Notes: generated by a model not told the origin, from the letters alone. Shown: positions 36,526-47,101, counted from the first letter of the stretch. The stretch: DNA of 56,018 nt from Patescibacteria group bacterium (GCA_041671565.1 JBAZBH010000007.1:1-56018), one strand, 5' to 3'. A program made the numbers and translations.

Positions 36526-37686
36526 TTATTTAACTAATAACGAACAAAATAGTCCGACTTCCTCGCCGGTCAACTCCGGGTTGTTAGGAAAATAAAAACC
36601 TTGGCGATGAATAATTTTGGCGTTAAGCAACTCTACTGGCGGCAAATACTTGCGGTAAAACGGCTGCTCGGTTAGATCGCCGGCGATAATCGGGCGGATC
36701 TCCACTTCGGCTGATTGAAACTTCTGTCGATAATGTTTAAACAATTCGGGCGTACGGAAAACCACCGGCATGGCAAAATTGGAAACCACTTCCAGATGAC
36801 CGAGATCCATCTGAATAAAATCGTCATTTTCCGTAATCGCCGTTTGAAACTTTTGCCAATTGGCTTGCCGCTTGGCAACAATCTCGTCCCAATATGGCAA
36901 CTGGCAGTTGCCCAAAAAACCGCTAATCTCGGTCGGGCGGGCGTTATAGGCTAAATCATAAAAAGTATATTGGGCAAAAAAATCATCTACCTGGTTTTGT
37001 TGCCGCAGTTCCGCTTGCCGCGCCGCGCTCAGATTACGATCCCAGCCATGCGCCCGCGCCAACACCAGCATTTCGGCCAGCGCCGCGTCATCAGTGCAGA
37101 TCATCCCGCCTTCAATCGTGGACAGTTGGTGCGCCACAAAAAAAGAAAAGGTTGAAGCCAGCCCAAAATTGCCGAGGAACTGTCCGCCAAGGCGCGAACC
37201 CAATGCCTGGCAGTTATCTTCCAAAAAAATCGCGCCGTTTTGCTCACAAAGTTTTTTAATTTCAGAGAGATTGTCGCAAAATCCTAAAACATTGGTAATA
37301 AACAAGGCTTTGATTGCCGGCAAAACCGGCGCTAGAATCCGCGGCGAAATATTAAGGCTGCCCAGTTCACAGTCCAAAAGCACCGGCTTTAAACCCAGCT
37401 GAATCAAAGGCATAATATCAGTCGGCCAGGTCAAGGCCGGCACGCCGACCGCGTCGCCCGGTTTTAATCGGCCCAGATTGAGTAAAGCCTGGATTAAAAT
37501 TAAATTTGCCAGACTGCCGCTAGAAACAAAAATGGCATATTGCCTGCCTTGCTTCGCCGCAAAAGCTTTTTCAAATTTCTGACATTCTGAACCCAAACTT
37601 AAAATTTCGGCCGTCCGGATAAACTCGGCTAGCCGGTTTTTGGTTTCGGCCTCATGATAAAAAGTTGATTTGATCAACTTGATCAT
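36526..37686 (-). CDS. colD: GDP-4-keto-6-deoxymannose 3-dehydratase (ColD/WbdK-like, DegT fold)
   Basis: SFFVAHQLSTIEGG has His at the PLP-Lys position; GWDR; clustered with gmd, gmm and fcl. Confidence 0.7.
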   Translation of the reverse strand: MIKLIKSTFYHEAETKNRLAEFIRTAEILSLGSECQKFEKAFAAKQGRQYAIFVSSGSLANLILIQALLNLGRLKPGDAVGVPALTWPTDIMPLIQLGLKPVLLDCELGSLNISPRILAPVLPAIKALFITNVLGFCDNLSEIKKLCEQNGAIFLEDNCQALGSRLGGQFLGNFGLASTFSFFVAHQLSTIEGGMICTDDAALAEMLVLARAHGWDRNLSAARQAELRQQNQVDDFFAQYTFYDLAYNARPTEISGFLGNCQLPYWDEIVAKRQANWQKFQTAITENDDFIQMDLGHLEVVSNFAMPVVFRTPELFKHYRQKFQSAEVEIRPIIAGDLTEQPFYRKYLPPVELLNAKIIHRQGFYFPNNPELTGEEVGLFCSLLVK

Positions 37687-38153
37687 ATTTTAAACTTTAA
37701 CTGATTAATCCGTTCCTGCAGAAAAGGATGGAGCTCATCTTGCTTAGTTAAATGAAACCAAACAACTTCACTATGTTGGCTGTCTAATTTGATTTCTTGG
37801 CCGGACGGCAAAATATAACCGTAGTAAAGATTTACGGTGTGGTAATTAATGCCGGGAAATGGCGAATTATCAAAAATTTCATTAATCACTCCGCCAAAAA
37901 CCAATCCCGCTGGATTAATTTCTAGTCCCAACTCCCGTTTGGCTTGCCGGCAAGCGGCAGTTAGCAATTCCTCATTTTTCTGCAGCCGCCCGCCAATGGA
38001 AAAATATTCGCCTCGCAGCGGCTCGTTATTCCGCTTACCGATGAGCACCTGGGTTTTCTCGGGATTAAAAAAAATCACATCCACCGTGCAGACCGGGCAA
38101 CGCGCCATAATCTCTTGATATTCTTCTGGTTTAATCCAATTCCTATCAACCAC
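37683..38153 (-). CDS. gmm: GDP-mannose mannosyl hydrolase (NUDIX)
   Basis: GKRNNEPLRGEYFSIGGR...RELG, HTVNLYY, DSQHSE. Confidence 0.8.
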   Translation of the reverse strand: MVDRNWIKPEEYQEIMARCPVCTVDVIFFNPEKTQVLIGKRNNEPLRGEYFSIGGRLQKNEELLTAACRQAKRELGLEINPAGLVFGGVINEIFDNSPFPGINYHTVNLYYGYILPSGQEIKLDSQHSEVVWFHLTKQDELHPFLQERINQLKFKI

Positions 38154-38182
38154 AAGGCTCTAAGCTAATAATAAAAATCTCT

Positions 38183-39235
38183 CTATTCTCGGTCGTAAAT
38201 ATATTTAGCTGATTCTTTTTTGAGGTCAGCAGCCGCCATCAGTTTAACTAATTCTTTAAACCCGACTTTCGGCGTCCAACCGAGTTTCTGCCGCGCCTTA
38301 GTGGCGTCGCCAATCAGGAGGTCAACTTCCGCTGGACGGAAATATTTGGGATCAATTTGAACTAAGACTTTGCCGGTTTGGCGGTCAACGCCTTTTTCTT
38401 CTAACCCCGCGCCTTCCCAAACTAAATCAAAACCCAAATTTTTTGCTGTTTCTTCGGCAAATTCGCGGACGGTATGGGTTTCGCCTTGGGCAACCACATA
38501 ATCATCGGCCTCGGGTTGCTGCAGTATCAGCCACATTGCCTCCACATAATCCGGCGCGTAACCCCAGTCGCGTTTAGCCTCCAAATTACCGAGATAAACT
38601 TTTTCGTCTTTACCCAGGCGAATCCGGGCAAAACCGCGAGTAATTTTGCGCGTCACAAAAGTTTCGCCGCGGCGGGGCGACTCGTGGTTAAACAAAATGC
38701 CATTGCAACAAAACATGTTGTAACTTTCACGGTAATTTTTGGCCACCCAATAAGCGTAAACCTTGGCGCAACCATAGGGACTGCGGGGATAAAACGGCGT
38801 ATTTTCATTCTGTGGCACGGTTTGCACTTTACCAAACATTTCCGAAGATGAAGCCTGATAAAATTTCGTCGCCAGACCATTTTCCCGGATGGCTTCTAAA
38901 ATTCTAACGGTGCCGAGACCATCCACATCGCCGGTGTATTCTGGGATATCAAAACTCACCCGGACATGGCTCTGCGCCCCCAGGTGGTAAACTTCCTCCG
39001 GTTGAATTTTTTTCAAAAGCTGGTTGAGATTACTGCCGTCGGACAAATCACCATAATAAAGAAACAGCCTTTTGTTCTGTTCGTGGGGATCTTGATAAAT
39101 TGCATCCAGCCGGCCGGTGTTAAAAGTTGATGACCGGCGGATAATGCCATGCACTTCATAGCCTTTACTGAGTAATAATTCGGCGAGATAACTGCCGTCT
39201 TGGCCAGTAATACCAGTGATAAACGCTTTTTTCAT
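38183..39235 (-). CDS. gmd: GDP-mannose 4,6-dehydratase
   Basis: [31 protein letters not shown]. Confidence 0.95.
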   Translation of the reverse strand: MKKAFITGITGQDGSYLAELLLSKGYEVHGIIRRSSTFNTGRLDAIYQDPHEQNKRLFLYYGDLSDGSNLNQLLKKIQPEEVYHLGAQSHVRVSFDIPEYTGDVDGLGTVRILEAIRENGLATKFYQASSSEMFGKVQTVPQNENTPFYPRSPYGCAKVYAYWVAKNYRESYNMFCCNGILFNHESPRRGETFVTRKITRGFARIRLGKDEKVYLGNLEAKRDWGYAPDYVEAMWLILQQPEADDYVVAQGETHTVREFAEETAKNLGFDLVWEGAGLEEKGVDRQTGKVLVQIDPKYFRPAEVDLLIGDATKARQKLGWTPKVGFKELVKLMAAADLKKESAKYIYDRE

Positions 39236-39287
39236 AAATAAATTTATCCTATTTCTACCTTAGTTTTATACCTTTTATCCGCCGCTG

Positions 39288-40628
39288 TCAAACTCGCGAC
39301 TTTAAATCTGACAGATGCTTAATAAACCCATTAATATTATCCGCGATATAATCAATCATAGCGTCATCCAGCCCCGGATAAACGCCGACAAAAAAAGTGT
39401 GATGCAAAATGTAGTCGGAATTTTTTAATTCATCCACAATGCGGTACTTGGCCTGCTGATAGGCCGGCTGGCGGATGATGTTGCCGGCAAATAAAGGCCG
39501 GGTCTGAATCAGCCGCTCTTCTAAATAATTAATAATACTCAGGCGGTCAAAAGGCGCGCCGGCGCGAATAGTTAAGGGAAAGGCAAACCAACAAGGCTTG
39601 GCTTTGGGCAAACTTTTAGGTAAAATAAAAAATTCTTCCAAATTTTTGACCTGCTCATACAGCCGGTTAAAATTATGTTCCCGCCGGACAATAAATTCCG
39701 GCAATTTTTTGAGCTGTTCCACACCCATCGCGGCCTGAAACTCAACCGGCTTGAGATTATAACCGATCTGGCTATACATATATTTATGGTCGCAGGGTCG
39801 GTTATTTATCTTAAACGAAAACCGATTGTTGCAAGCGCCTAAAGACGACTGCTCATCGCCGCGGCAGTGGCAAGCCCGGCCCCAATCGCGCAACGAACGG
39901 ATCGGCTGGACAAATTTCTCGTCATTATAAAACACCATGCCGCCCTCGCCAATAGTAATATGGTGGGCGGGATAAAATGACGCAGTGGCGAGGTCGCCGA
40001 AAGAGCCGGTTTTCCGGCCGTCATATTCTGAACCCAAAGCGTCACAATTATCTTCCACTAAATAAAGCCGGTGCGCCCGCGCGAACTCCACCACTTTATC
40101 CATCTCATTAGGGTTGCCTAAGGTATGGGGCAAAAATATCGCCCGAGTCTTGTCGCTGAGGGCTTTTTCCAAATCGTCAGCGTTAATATTACAAGTTTCC
40201 AAATTAACATCCAAAAACACCGGCACTAAACCCAAAATTAAAGCCGGGTTAATGGTGGTGGGAAAGCCGCAAGCCGGGGTGATAATTTCATCGCCCGGCT
40301 TCAGCCGCTCGGACTCTGGCAATAAGGTGGACATTAGCCCGTTAGTTGCTAGCAAACTGGCGCTGGAGCCGGAGTTAGTCAGTATCCCGCCTTTGGTGCC
40401 GATAAATTCCGCTAAACCGGTTTCAAATTTCTCGCCTTGCTTACCCAAGCCAAACCAACCATCAAGAATGGCTGCAATCATCGCTTTGACTTCCGCCTGA
40501 TCATAAACCGCGCCGGCATAACGGACTAAAGTTTTGCCAGGAATAAATTTTTTTTCCTGCTCGCGCAGCTCAAAAATACCATCAATCTTCTGGCTAATAT
40601 CTTCTCTTAATTGTTCTTGATTTTCCAT
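39288..40628 (-). CDS. rfbH: CDP-4-keto-6-deoxyglucose 3-dehydratase E1 (RfbH/DdhC)
   Basis: NSGSSA, EDNCDALG, SFYPAHHITIGEGG, RDWGRAC.C. Confidence 0.88.
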   Translation of the reverse strand: MENQEQLREDISQKIDGIFELREQEKKFIPGKTLVRYAGAVYDQAEVKAMIAAILDGWFGLGKQGEKFETGLAEFIGTKGGILTNSGSSASLLATNGLMSTLLPESERLKPGDEIITPACGFPTTINPALILGLVPVFLDVNLETCNINADDLEKALSDKTRAIFLPHTLGNPNEMDKVVEFARAHRLYLVEDNCDALGSEYDGRKTGSFGDLATASFYPAHHITIGEGGMVFYNDEKFVQPIRSLRDWGRACHCRGDEQSSLGACNNRFSFKINNRPCDHKYMYSQIGYNLKPVEFQAAMGVEQLKKLPEFIVRREHNFNRLYEQVKNLEEFFILPKSLPKAKPCWFAFPLTIRAGAPFDRLSIINYLEERLIQTRPLFAGNIIRQPAYQQAKYRIVDELKNSDYILHHTFFVGVYPGLDDAMIDYIADNINGFIKHLSDLKSRV

Positions 40629-40643
40629 AAAGTTTTTTTTAAC

Positions 40644-41624
40644 TTACTGACTTAAATAATTTTTATACCAATTATAAGTTTCTTGTAGTCCGGTTTCTAA
40701 AGTATGCTGCGGTTCCCAACCAAGCAACTCTTTGGCTTTGGCAATGGAAACATATTGTTCCTCTATTTCTTTTCTTAATTCGCCGGGCAAAAGATCGATT
40801 TTCAGCTCCGGTTGATTGGCAATTTTTAAAATCGTTTCGGCAACATCCATGGCGCTGTAAACTCGGCCACTGCCAAAGTTAAAGGCCTGACCCCGAACTT
40901 CCGGCCGGCTGAGATTGGCCGCCAAAGTTAGATAAGCGCTCACCGCGTCAGCAATATAAATAAAGTCGCGCTTGGCTGTGCCGCTGACAATCTCCGGATT
41001 GGCTCCTGACAGAACCGTCTGCATGGTTTTCGGGATCAGTCGGGAAAAATTAAGGTCGCCCGGACCGTAAGTATTGGTACAGCGGGAAATCCCGACCGGC
41101 AAGTTGTAAGTGTAAAAATAAGTCTGGGCGAGAATATCGACGCAGGCTTTGGAAGTTTCGTACGGCCGGCTGGGCTGAGGGAAATAGCTTTCCAGATAAG
41201 GCAGATTTTTGTTGTCGCCATAAACATGGGTGGTAGAGGCGATAACCAGCCGTTCCAAATGAGCCGAACGGCGCGAGGCTTCCAAGATATTAATCGAACC
41301 CCAGATATTGATTTCAAAAGTTGGCAGGGGGTCGGCAAAAGCCAGGCTAACAATCGGCTGAGCGGCAAGATGGAACACCGTATCAATCTCTTTGGCAGTA
41401 AAAAAATCACTAAGAAACTTAAAATCACGGACATCGCCGATAACAATTTCGGCGAGACGATCTTTGACCGCAGCTAAAATCGGATTAAGCGGTTTATTCG
41501 GATTAAAAATCATGGCGTAAACCCGCGCCCCTTGGCTAACCAACTCAGCCGCCAGCTGGCTGCCAATAAACCCATCGGCGCCGGTGACTAAAACTTTTTT
41601 ATCTTGCCAAAATAAGTCAGACAT
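40644..41624 (-). CDS. rfbG: CDP-glucose 4,6-dehydratase-like (RfbG/DdhB family)
   Basis: FWQDKKVLVTGADGFIG, HLAAQPIV, YETSK. Confidence 0.7.
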   Translation of the reverse strand: MSDLFWQDKKVLVTGADGFIGSQLAAELVSQGARVYAMIFNPNKPLNPILAAVKDRLAEIVIGDVRDFKFLSDFFTAKEIDTVFHLAAQPIVSLAFADPLPTFEINIWGSINILEASRRSAHLERLVIASTTHVYGDNKNLPYLESYFPQPSRPYETSKACVDILAQTYFYTYNLPVGISRCTNTYGPGDLNFSRLIPKTMQTVLSGANPEIVSGTAKRDFIYIADAVSAYLTLAANLSRPEVRGQAFNFGSGRVYSAMDVAETILKIANQPELKIDLLPGELRKEIEEQYVSIAKAKELLGWEPQHTLETGLQETYNWYKNYLSQ

Positions 41625-41688
41625 AAAATTAAATTAGACCAATTCTTCTAAATAATTAACTTGCTTTTTATTATCCATCCGGCTGGAA

Positions 41689-41768
41689 GCGATGCTAATC
41701 TACGAATGACATGCGAATGCAACGAATTATTCGCATCATTCGCATGTAATTTGTAGCATTCGCATCGC
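41689..41768. repeat. imperfect hairpin built from ATTCGCATC-like units
   Basis: GCGATGC..ACATGCGAATG / CATTCGCATGT..GCATCGC; begins 2 nt after a stop codon. Confidence 0.8.
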
Positions 41769-41770
41769 CC

Positions 41771-42616
41771 TTAAACATTTGGTTTTTTAAAAATCAGACC
41801 CAGGGTGCCGGCGGCCACTTCAGCGCTACGAAGAAGAAACATCCCCATCATCACCAGCGGCTGGCGCAGAAGGACTAGCGGATGCTTAAAATAAGCCGGT
41901 TTTAAAGGGAAAAACTGCCGCGTGGCAATCCCCGGTCGCCGGCGCAAATACTCGCGAAAAGCGGCGCTGTAATAATATTTTTTCTTGACCCGCGACCAGA
42001 ATTTAATCCGACCTTCGTCGTGATAGGCAAAATTTTTAATCTTGCCAATCTCGCCGAGACGCTTAAGGCGGTAATGCCAATCGCTGTCTTCGGCGCCGAC
42101 AATCAGCGGATCATAGCCGCCGATTTTGACGGCGTCCGCCCGGCGGAAAAACCGGGCGCATTCGTTTAGCCCCGCTTCCAGATAAACGCTGACGAACCGT
42201 TCCAGCGCCACACACTGGGTCCAAAAACCTTCGCCAATTGAAATCTCCGGGATATTCAGCGCCACGAACCGACCGGCGGACAAAGTCTGATAACACTCCT
42301 CCACCACGCCCGGCTGAAGATACATATCCTGGTCTAAAATTAATATATATTCACCTTTGGCTTCATTGATGCCACGATTGCGCTGAATACTGCGCTCCGG
42401 ACCGTCTTGCAGATAAACCGCGTAGCGCGCGATAATTTGCCGGCATTTTTTCATCGCGTCTAGGTCATACTTCAATGCATCCACCACAATAATTTCCAAA
42501 TTTGGGTAAGTTTGATTTTTGACGCACTTTAAACACTGCTCGATCGTCCGACCGGAATTATAGGTGGGAATTACCACGGAAATCAGGGGTAAATTTTGTT
42601 TTTGCTCTTCAGTCAT
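41771..42616 (-). CDS. GT2 glycosyltransferase
   Basis: SVVIPTYNS, ERSIQRN, LDQD. Confidence 0.88.
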   Translation of the reverse strand: MTEEQKQNLPLISVVIPTYNSGRTIEQCLKCVKNQTYPNLEIIVVDALKYDLDAMKKCRQIIARYAVYLQDGPERSIQRNRGINEAKGEYILILDQDMYLQPGVVEECYQTLSAGRFVALNIPEISIGEGFWTQCVALERFVSVYLEAGLNECARFFRRADAVKIGGYDPLIVGAEDSDWHYRLKRLGEIGKIKNFAYHDEGRIKFWSRVKKKYYYSAAFREYLRRRPGIATRQFFPLKPAYFKHPLVLLRQPLVMMGMFLLRSAEVAAGTLGLIFKKPNV

Positions 42617-42620
42617 ATAA

Positions 42621-42696
42621 GAATAGTGAACGACGAATAGCGAATAGTGAAAAAAATCCTCGCTGTTCGCTATTCACTATTCGCTATTCGCTATTC
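42621..42696. repeat. inverted heptamer-array hairpin (GAATAGC family)
   Basis: GAATAGT GAACGAC GAATAGC GAATAGT ... GCTGTTC GCTATTC ACTATTC GCTATTC GCTATTC; contains the gmd2 stop codon. Confidence 0.9.
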
Positions 42697-43657
42697 TTTC
42701 CAAATCCGCCGCTACCATCATTTTTACCAACTCGGCGAATTTTACTTTCGGCGTCCAACCCAAAACCTGCCGCGCTTTGTCCGACCGGCCCTGTAACACG
42801 GCCACATCCACCGGCCGCTTGAACTTTTCGTCAATTTTAATATATGGCTCCCAGTCGCTAATACCAACAGCCGCAAACGCCGTGGCCAAAAAATCACGAA
42901 TTGAGTGCGTCTCGCCGGTGGAAATCAAATAGTTATCCGGTTTTTCCGCCTGCAACATCAGCCACATCGCTTCCACATAATCACCGGCAAAGCCCCAGTC
43001 GCGCCGGCTGTCCAAATTGCCCAGACGAATTTCCGAGGCCAGGCCCAGCTTGATTCGCGCCACGCCGTCGCTGATTTTCCGCGTGACAAAACGGAGTCCC
43101 CGGAGCGGCGACTCGTGGTTAAACATAATGCCGTTAGAGCAAAACAAGCCGTAACTTTCTTTGAAATTATTGGTAATCCAATAAGCGTAAAGTTTGGAAA
43201 TGGCGTAAGGGCTGAGTGGATGAAACGGCGTTTCCTCGGTCTGGAGGCCGCCTTCATTAGCCGTGCCAAACATCTCGGAAGTGGCCGCCTGGTAAAATCT
43301 AGCGGTCGGACAAAATTCTTTGAGCGCCTGGAGGAGATAAAGCGCGCCGAGTGAATTAACCTTGGTTGCCTCTTCGGCGCCATCCCAAGAAGAGCCAACA
43401 AACGACTTGGCGGCTAAGTTATAAACTTCGTCCGGCTTAATCTCTTTAATAGCGGCAGTTAAAGTTGATGCTTCGCCCAAATCACCGGGAACAAATTTAA
43501 TCTGCTGGGTGATGCTAAGATAATCAGTATTGCTAAAATCAGCTGCTGCTAAATTTTGGACCAAGCCAAAAACCTGATACCCCTTGTTTAAAAGTAATCT
43601 CGCCAGATACGGCCCGTCTTGCCCCAAAATGCCGGTGATTAAAGCGATTTTAGCCAT
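42677..43657 (-). CDS. gmd: second GDP-mannose 4,6-dehydratase
   Basis: GILGQDGPYL, SPYAISK, NHESPLRG, RDWGFAGDY. Confidence 0.9.
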   Translation of the reverse strand: MAKIALITGILGQDGPYLARLLLNKGYQVFGLVQNLAAADFSNTDYLSITQQIKFVPGDLGEASTLTAAIKEIKPDEVYNLAAKSFVGSSWDGAEEATKVNSLGALYLLQALKEFCPTARFYQAATSEMFGTANEGGLQTEETPFHPLSPYAISKLYAYWITNNFKESYGLFCSNGIMFNHESPLRGLRFVTRKISDGVARIKLGLASEIRLGNLDSRRDWGFAGDYVEAMWLMLQAEKPDNYLISTGETHSIRDFLATAFAAVGISDWEPYIKIDEKFKRPVDVAVLQGRSDKARQVLGWTPKVKFAELVKMMVAADLERIANSE

Positions 43658-43663
43658 AAAGTT

Positions 43664-44857
43664 TTAGATCAGGCGGTTAATCATCTCGGTAAAATCTTCG
43701 TAGGATTTTCGATAATTATAATTCTGACTGTCCTGCCAAGCGTTCTGACGATATTGTTGATACAACTCCGGATCACTGATTAGTTTAACAATTTTCTCCG
43801 CTAAATCGATTGGCGAACCGCTCTGCGCCAACAAGCCGGTAACCCCATCATGGCAAGAGTCACGGAGGCCGTCAACATTATAAACTACCGCCGGCACGCC
43901 CTGGCTGGCCGCCTCGGTAACTGTTAATCCCCAACCTTCTTTCACTGAAGCCACGACCAACAAATGCGCTTGCTGGATAATCTGAATTTTCTGTTTTTGA
44001 CTGACTTTACCTAAAACTTGAATGGCTTGACGATAGGGCGAATTGGCAATCAACTTGATCACTTTCTGGCCATAACGGCTGTTAGCGTCGCCAACCACCA
44101 TTAACTGCAGGTCCGGCAACTGTTTTTTAGCTAGCTCAAAAGCGGCAACAATCTGAGCGGTTCTTTTCATGGAACGGATTGAACCTAAGGCCAAAATAGT
44201 CGGCTGACTGCTACAATTAATGTTAGCTAAATCTTCTGCCGGAGACAGCTCTATCCCCTCACTAATAATTTTAACCCGCTCACCGTTAAAACCATACTTA
44301 ATTAAATCATTCTTGGTACTCTGAGAAACAGTAATGACGGTAGTTTTACTTAACAATCGCAGATAAAGTGGCTCTAAAAAATAACCCAATAAACTCAAAG
44401 GAAAAATCATCTGATAAAACCAAATCTGGCGGCAAAGCTGGTGGACGAACAAAATATTTTTCTCCTTAACATAAAACCGGCAAAAAAATGGAAAGGTATT
44501 TACCTCATCGATTACCAAGTCAGCAAAACCAACAAAATGCTTTTTATAATACCGATAAGCCAGCCAGTAAACCGTCCAGCGGTTGCCCAGACGAATTACC
44601 CGACAACCGTCAATAGTTTCTTCGGCCGGCAAACCGGGCGCGCCGGCAACAATAAAAGTCACGCTCACGCCGTTTTGTACCAAGCGTTTAGCGATGGCTT
44701 CATTGACCGCCTCCGCTCCGCCCGCCGCCGGATGCCGCCGATCTTTCCAAGTCAACCACAAAATTTTATCCCGCACCTTTTCAACCCCTTCGGCTAAACC
44801 AACGTCTCCGGCCGCGGTGGCGGTTGAAAAGGTGCTGGATTTATTTATCTTTTTCAT
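43664..44857 (-). CDS. GT4 glycosyltransferase (start may be GTG at 44776)
   Basis: ILWLTWKD..HP.AGGAE, KEGWGL..TEA. Confidence 0.88.
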   Translation of the reverse strand: MKKINKSSTFSTATAAGDVGLAEGVEKVRDKILWLTWKDRRHPAAGGAEAVNEAIAKRLVQNGVSVTFIVAGAPGLPAEETIDGCRVIRLGNRWTVYWLAYRYYKKHFVGFADLVIDEVNTFPFFCRFYVKEKNILFVHQLCRQIWFYQMIFPLSLLGYFLEPLYLRLLSKTTVITVSQSTKNDLIKYGFNGERVKIISEGIELSPAEDLANINCSSQPTILALGSIRSMKRTAQIVAAFELAKKQLPDLQLMVVGDANSRYGQKVIKLIANSPYRQAIQVLGKVSQKQKIQIIQQAHLLVVASVKEGWGLTVTEAASQGVPAVVYNVDGLRDSCHDGVTGLLAQSGSPIDLAEKIVKLISDPELYQQYRQNAWQDSQNYNYRKSYEDFTEMINRLI

Positions 44858-45791
44858 CAAAGTTCACTTTTTCTCTAATTATATATAATGGCCGATTCAA
44901 AATTTCTTCATGAATACTGCCGATATAAAGCGCGATAAACCCGAGGCACATTAAGATAATACCGGAAAGCAAGATATTAAAAACAATCACAAAAGAAATT
45001 GGCGAGAAATAAGTAAAACTAAGCAACCAGCGAGTACTGAGCATAATCACCAACAAAACACCGCTGACTAGCGTAATAAAACTGCCGGCGTAACCAGCTA
45101 AACGGAGTGGAAATAGGGAAAATGAGGTCAGGCTAGAGACGGCCAACTGCCAGAGCCGGCTAAAACTATAACTGCGGTGGTTTTTTTGGGGATTGTGCGG
45201 CGAAGTAAACTCGATTCTGACTTTTTGAAAACCAAGCCAATCAATCAAACCGCGAAAAAATCGCGCCCGCTCGGTCAGCTGATTAAAAACATCTACCACT
45301 TGACGGTCTAACAAGCGAAAATCAGTCGCGCCCGGCTCCAAATTAACGACTGCCACCCGATTAATTAGAAAGTAATAAAGCCGTGAAGACAGCCGTTTGG
45401 ACCAAGGCGTATCCTGACTATATTGCCGGACAGTATAAACTACCTGCCCGCCAGACTGCCACTTGGTAATCAACTCCGGGATCAATTCCGGCGGATGCTC
45501 CAAATCGGCATCCATAATAATTACCGCCTCGCCAACCGAACGGTGCAGCCCGGCGCTGGTGGCCACCTCTTTGCCAAAGTTGCGAGAAAAATTAATCAGC
45601 TTAACCCGCGAGTTTTCCCGAGCTAGCCCCAGCAAAATCTCCCACGACCTGTCCAAACTACCATCATTCACAAAAATTATTTCATAATCAAAATTTGCCA
45701 AAACTAAAGCCGTCCGACGATAAAGCTCAGCCAAACTCATCGCCTCATTAAAAACCGGCACCACGAGAGAAATTTTTCTGATTTCCGCCAT
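44841..45791 (-). CDS. polyprenyl-phosphate glycosyltransferase (GtrB/DPM1-like GT2)
   Basis: VNDGSLD, FSRNFGKE, MDADLEHPPE, DFRLLDR, two C-terminal TMs. Confidence 0.9.
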   Translation of the reverse strand: MAEIRKISLVVPVFNEAMSLAELYRRTALVLANFDYEIIFVNDGSLDRSWEILLGLARENSRVKLINFSRNFGKEVATSAGLHRSVGEAVIIMDADLEHPPELIPELITKWQSGGQVVYTVRQYSQDTPWSKRLSSRLYYFLINRVAVVNLEPGATDFRLLDRQVVDVFNQLTERARFFRGLIDWLGFQKVRIEFTSPHNPQKNHRSYSFSRLWQLAVSSLTSFSLFPLRLAGYAGSFITLVSGVLLVIMLSTRWLLSFTYFSPISFVIVFNILLSGIILMCLGFIALYIGSIHEEILNRPLYIIREKVNFDEKDK

Positions 45792-45829
45792 ATAACCGCT
45801 AAAATTAGCTCCGATGTCAACTAGATAAT

Positions 45830-47101
45830 TTAGGCTCTAAAACTTTTTCTAATTGCTGAATAGTATAGTAAAAATAAGAATAAAACAAGAGTCATCACGA
45901 TATTCATTACCCCGACCACTTGACCGATAGTTTCATGGTAACGCCAGAGCAAGCCCACCTGCAAGATGACGCCCAGGAGCAAAAATGAAGCGGCTTTGGG
46001 GCGATGGATGGATAAAAAATATTGAGCCAAGAGATTGATCAGGGTAAAGGCGACCATGGCCAAACCGAACCAACCTAAATAGCCGCTGATAGCCAAAAAC
46101 TTACTACCGAGCATAATATTGATCACCAATCCCGGACAAATAAAATATACCGCCGCCATTAAAAGCGAACAACCACTGACTAAAAATAATGACTGATGTA
46201 AAACCTTTTCACTCGCCGCCGGGCTTTGGGCGTGAACTTCGGCGCTCATCGTAAACATCACCGCGACAATCGCGCCACTAAGAAAAAAAATAATTCGGCC
46301 CAAAATCGCTAGTCCGCCGTATTGTCCGGCCAGTTCCGGCGACATAAAATGTTTGACCAAGATAACATCGACGGTATACATCAGAGTCAAAGAAAGCAGC
46401 GTCAAAAATACCGGTCCGGAAAACCGAAACATCTCGCCGGTCGGCAAAGGTAGAGCAGTTTTTGGCTCTCGCCAAAGAAATTTCATTGGCCAAAATAAAA
46501 AACCATAAGCCACCAATGCCCCTAGGACAATGCCGCCAATCGCGCCGTTAATCTTCAACCCCAGGCCAACCAGTAAAAGCGCAAAAATTATCTTGCTAAA
46601 AACTTCAATGATATTATTGAACGATAAATCTTTAAATTTCTGGACACCCTGCAAGACCGACCGACTAGGGGTTAATAAAAATGAAACTATTACCCCGAGA
46701 CCCAAAATATAAATCGGCGTCGGACTGGAGAGGTTTAAAAACCCGGTCAAATAACCGCTAGCGGCTAAAATAACCAGATAAAAAATCACGGCGAAAAACA
46801 GCATCTTTTTGGTAAAATATTCCAGCAATGACCGGACCTGGCCGAGCTCGCCGGCGCCTTTATAATTGGCTGTGTATTTGATAATCACCGCTGAGACCAC
46901 CCCGAGCGGAATGCCAAAAATAGTTAAAATTGACAAAAGCGACTGCATCTCGCCGTAGCCCGCCACGCCCAAAAATCGCGCCAGCAGCAGATGGAATAAA
47001 TAACTGCCAAAGCTGGCGACCAGGGTGCCGGTAAAAAACACCGCGCTGTTCTGGACCAGCTTGTTGTTTTTAATGAGGTGGAATAAATTAGTGAACATCA
47101 T
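45830..47101 (-). CDS. Wzx/MurJ-like oligosaccharide flippase
   Basis: Many TM segments, LARFLG...YG pattern; start at MMFT 47101, and the track extension crosses a repeat. Confidence 0.85.
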   Translation of the reverse strand: MMFTNLFHLIKNNKLVQNSAVFFTGTLVASFGSYLFHLLLARFLGVAGYGEMQSLLSILTIFGIPLGVVSAVIIKYTANYKGAGELGQVRSLLEYFTKKMLFFAVIFYLVILAASGYLTGFLNLSSPTPIYILGLGVIVSFLLTPSRSVLQGVQKFKDLSFNNIIEVFSKIIFALLLVGLGLKINGAIGGIVLGALVAYGFLFWPMKFLWREPKTALPLPTGEMFRFSGPVFLTLLSLTLMYTVDVILVKHFMSPELAGQYGGLAILGRIIFFLSGAIVAVMFTMSAEVHAQSPAASEKVLHQSLFLVSGCSLLMAAVYFICPGLVINIMLGSKFLAISGYLGWFGLAMVAFTLINLLAQYFLSIHRPKAASFLLLGVILQVGLLWRYHETIGQVVGVMNIVMTLVLFLFLLYYSAIRKSFRA

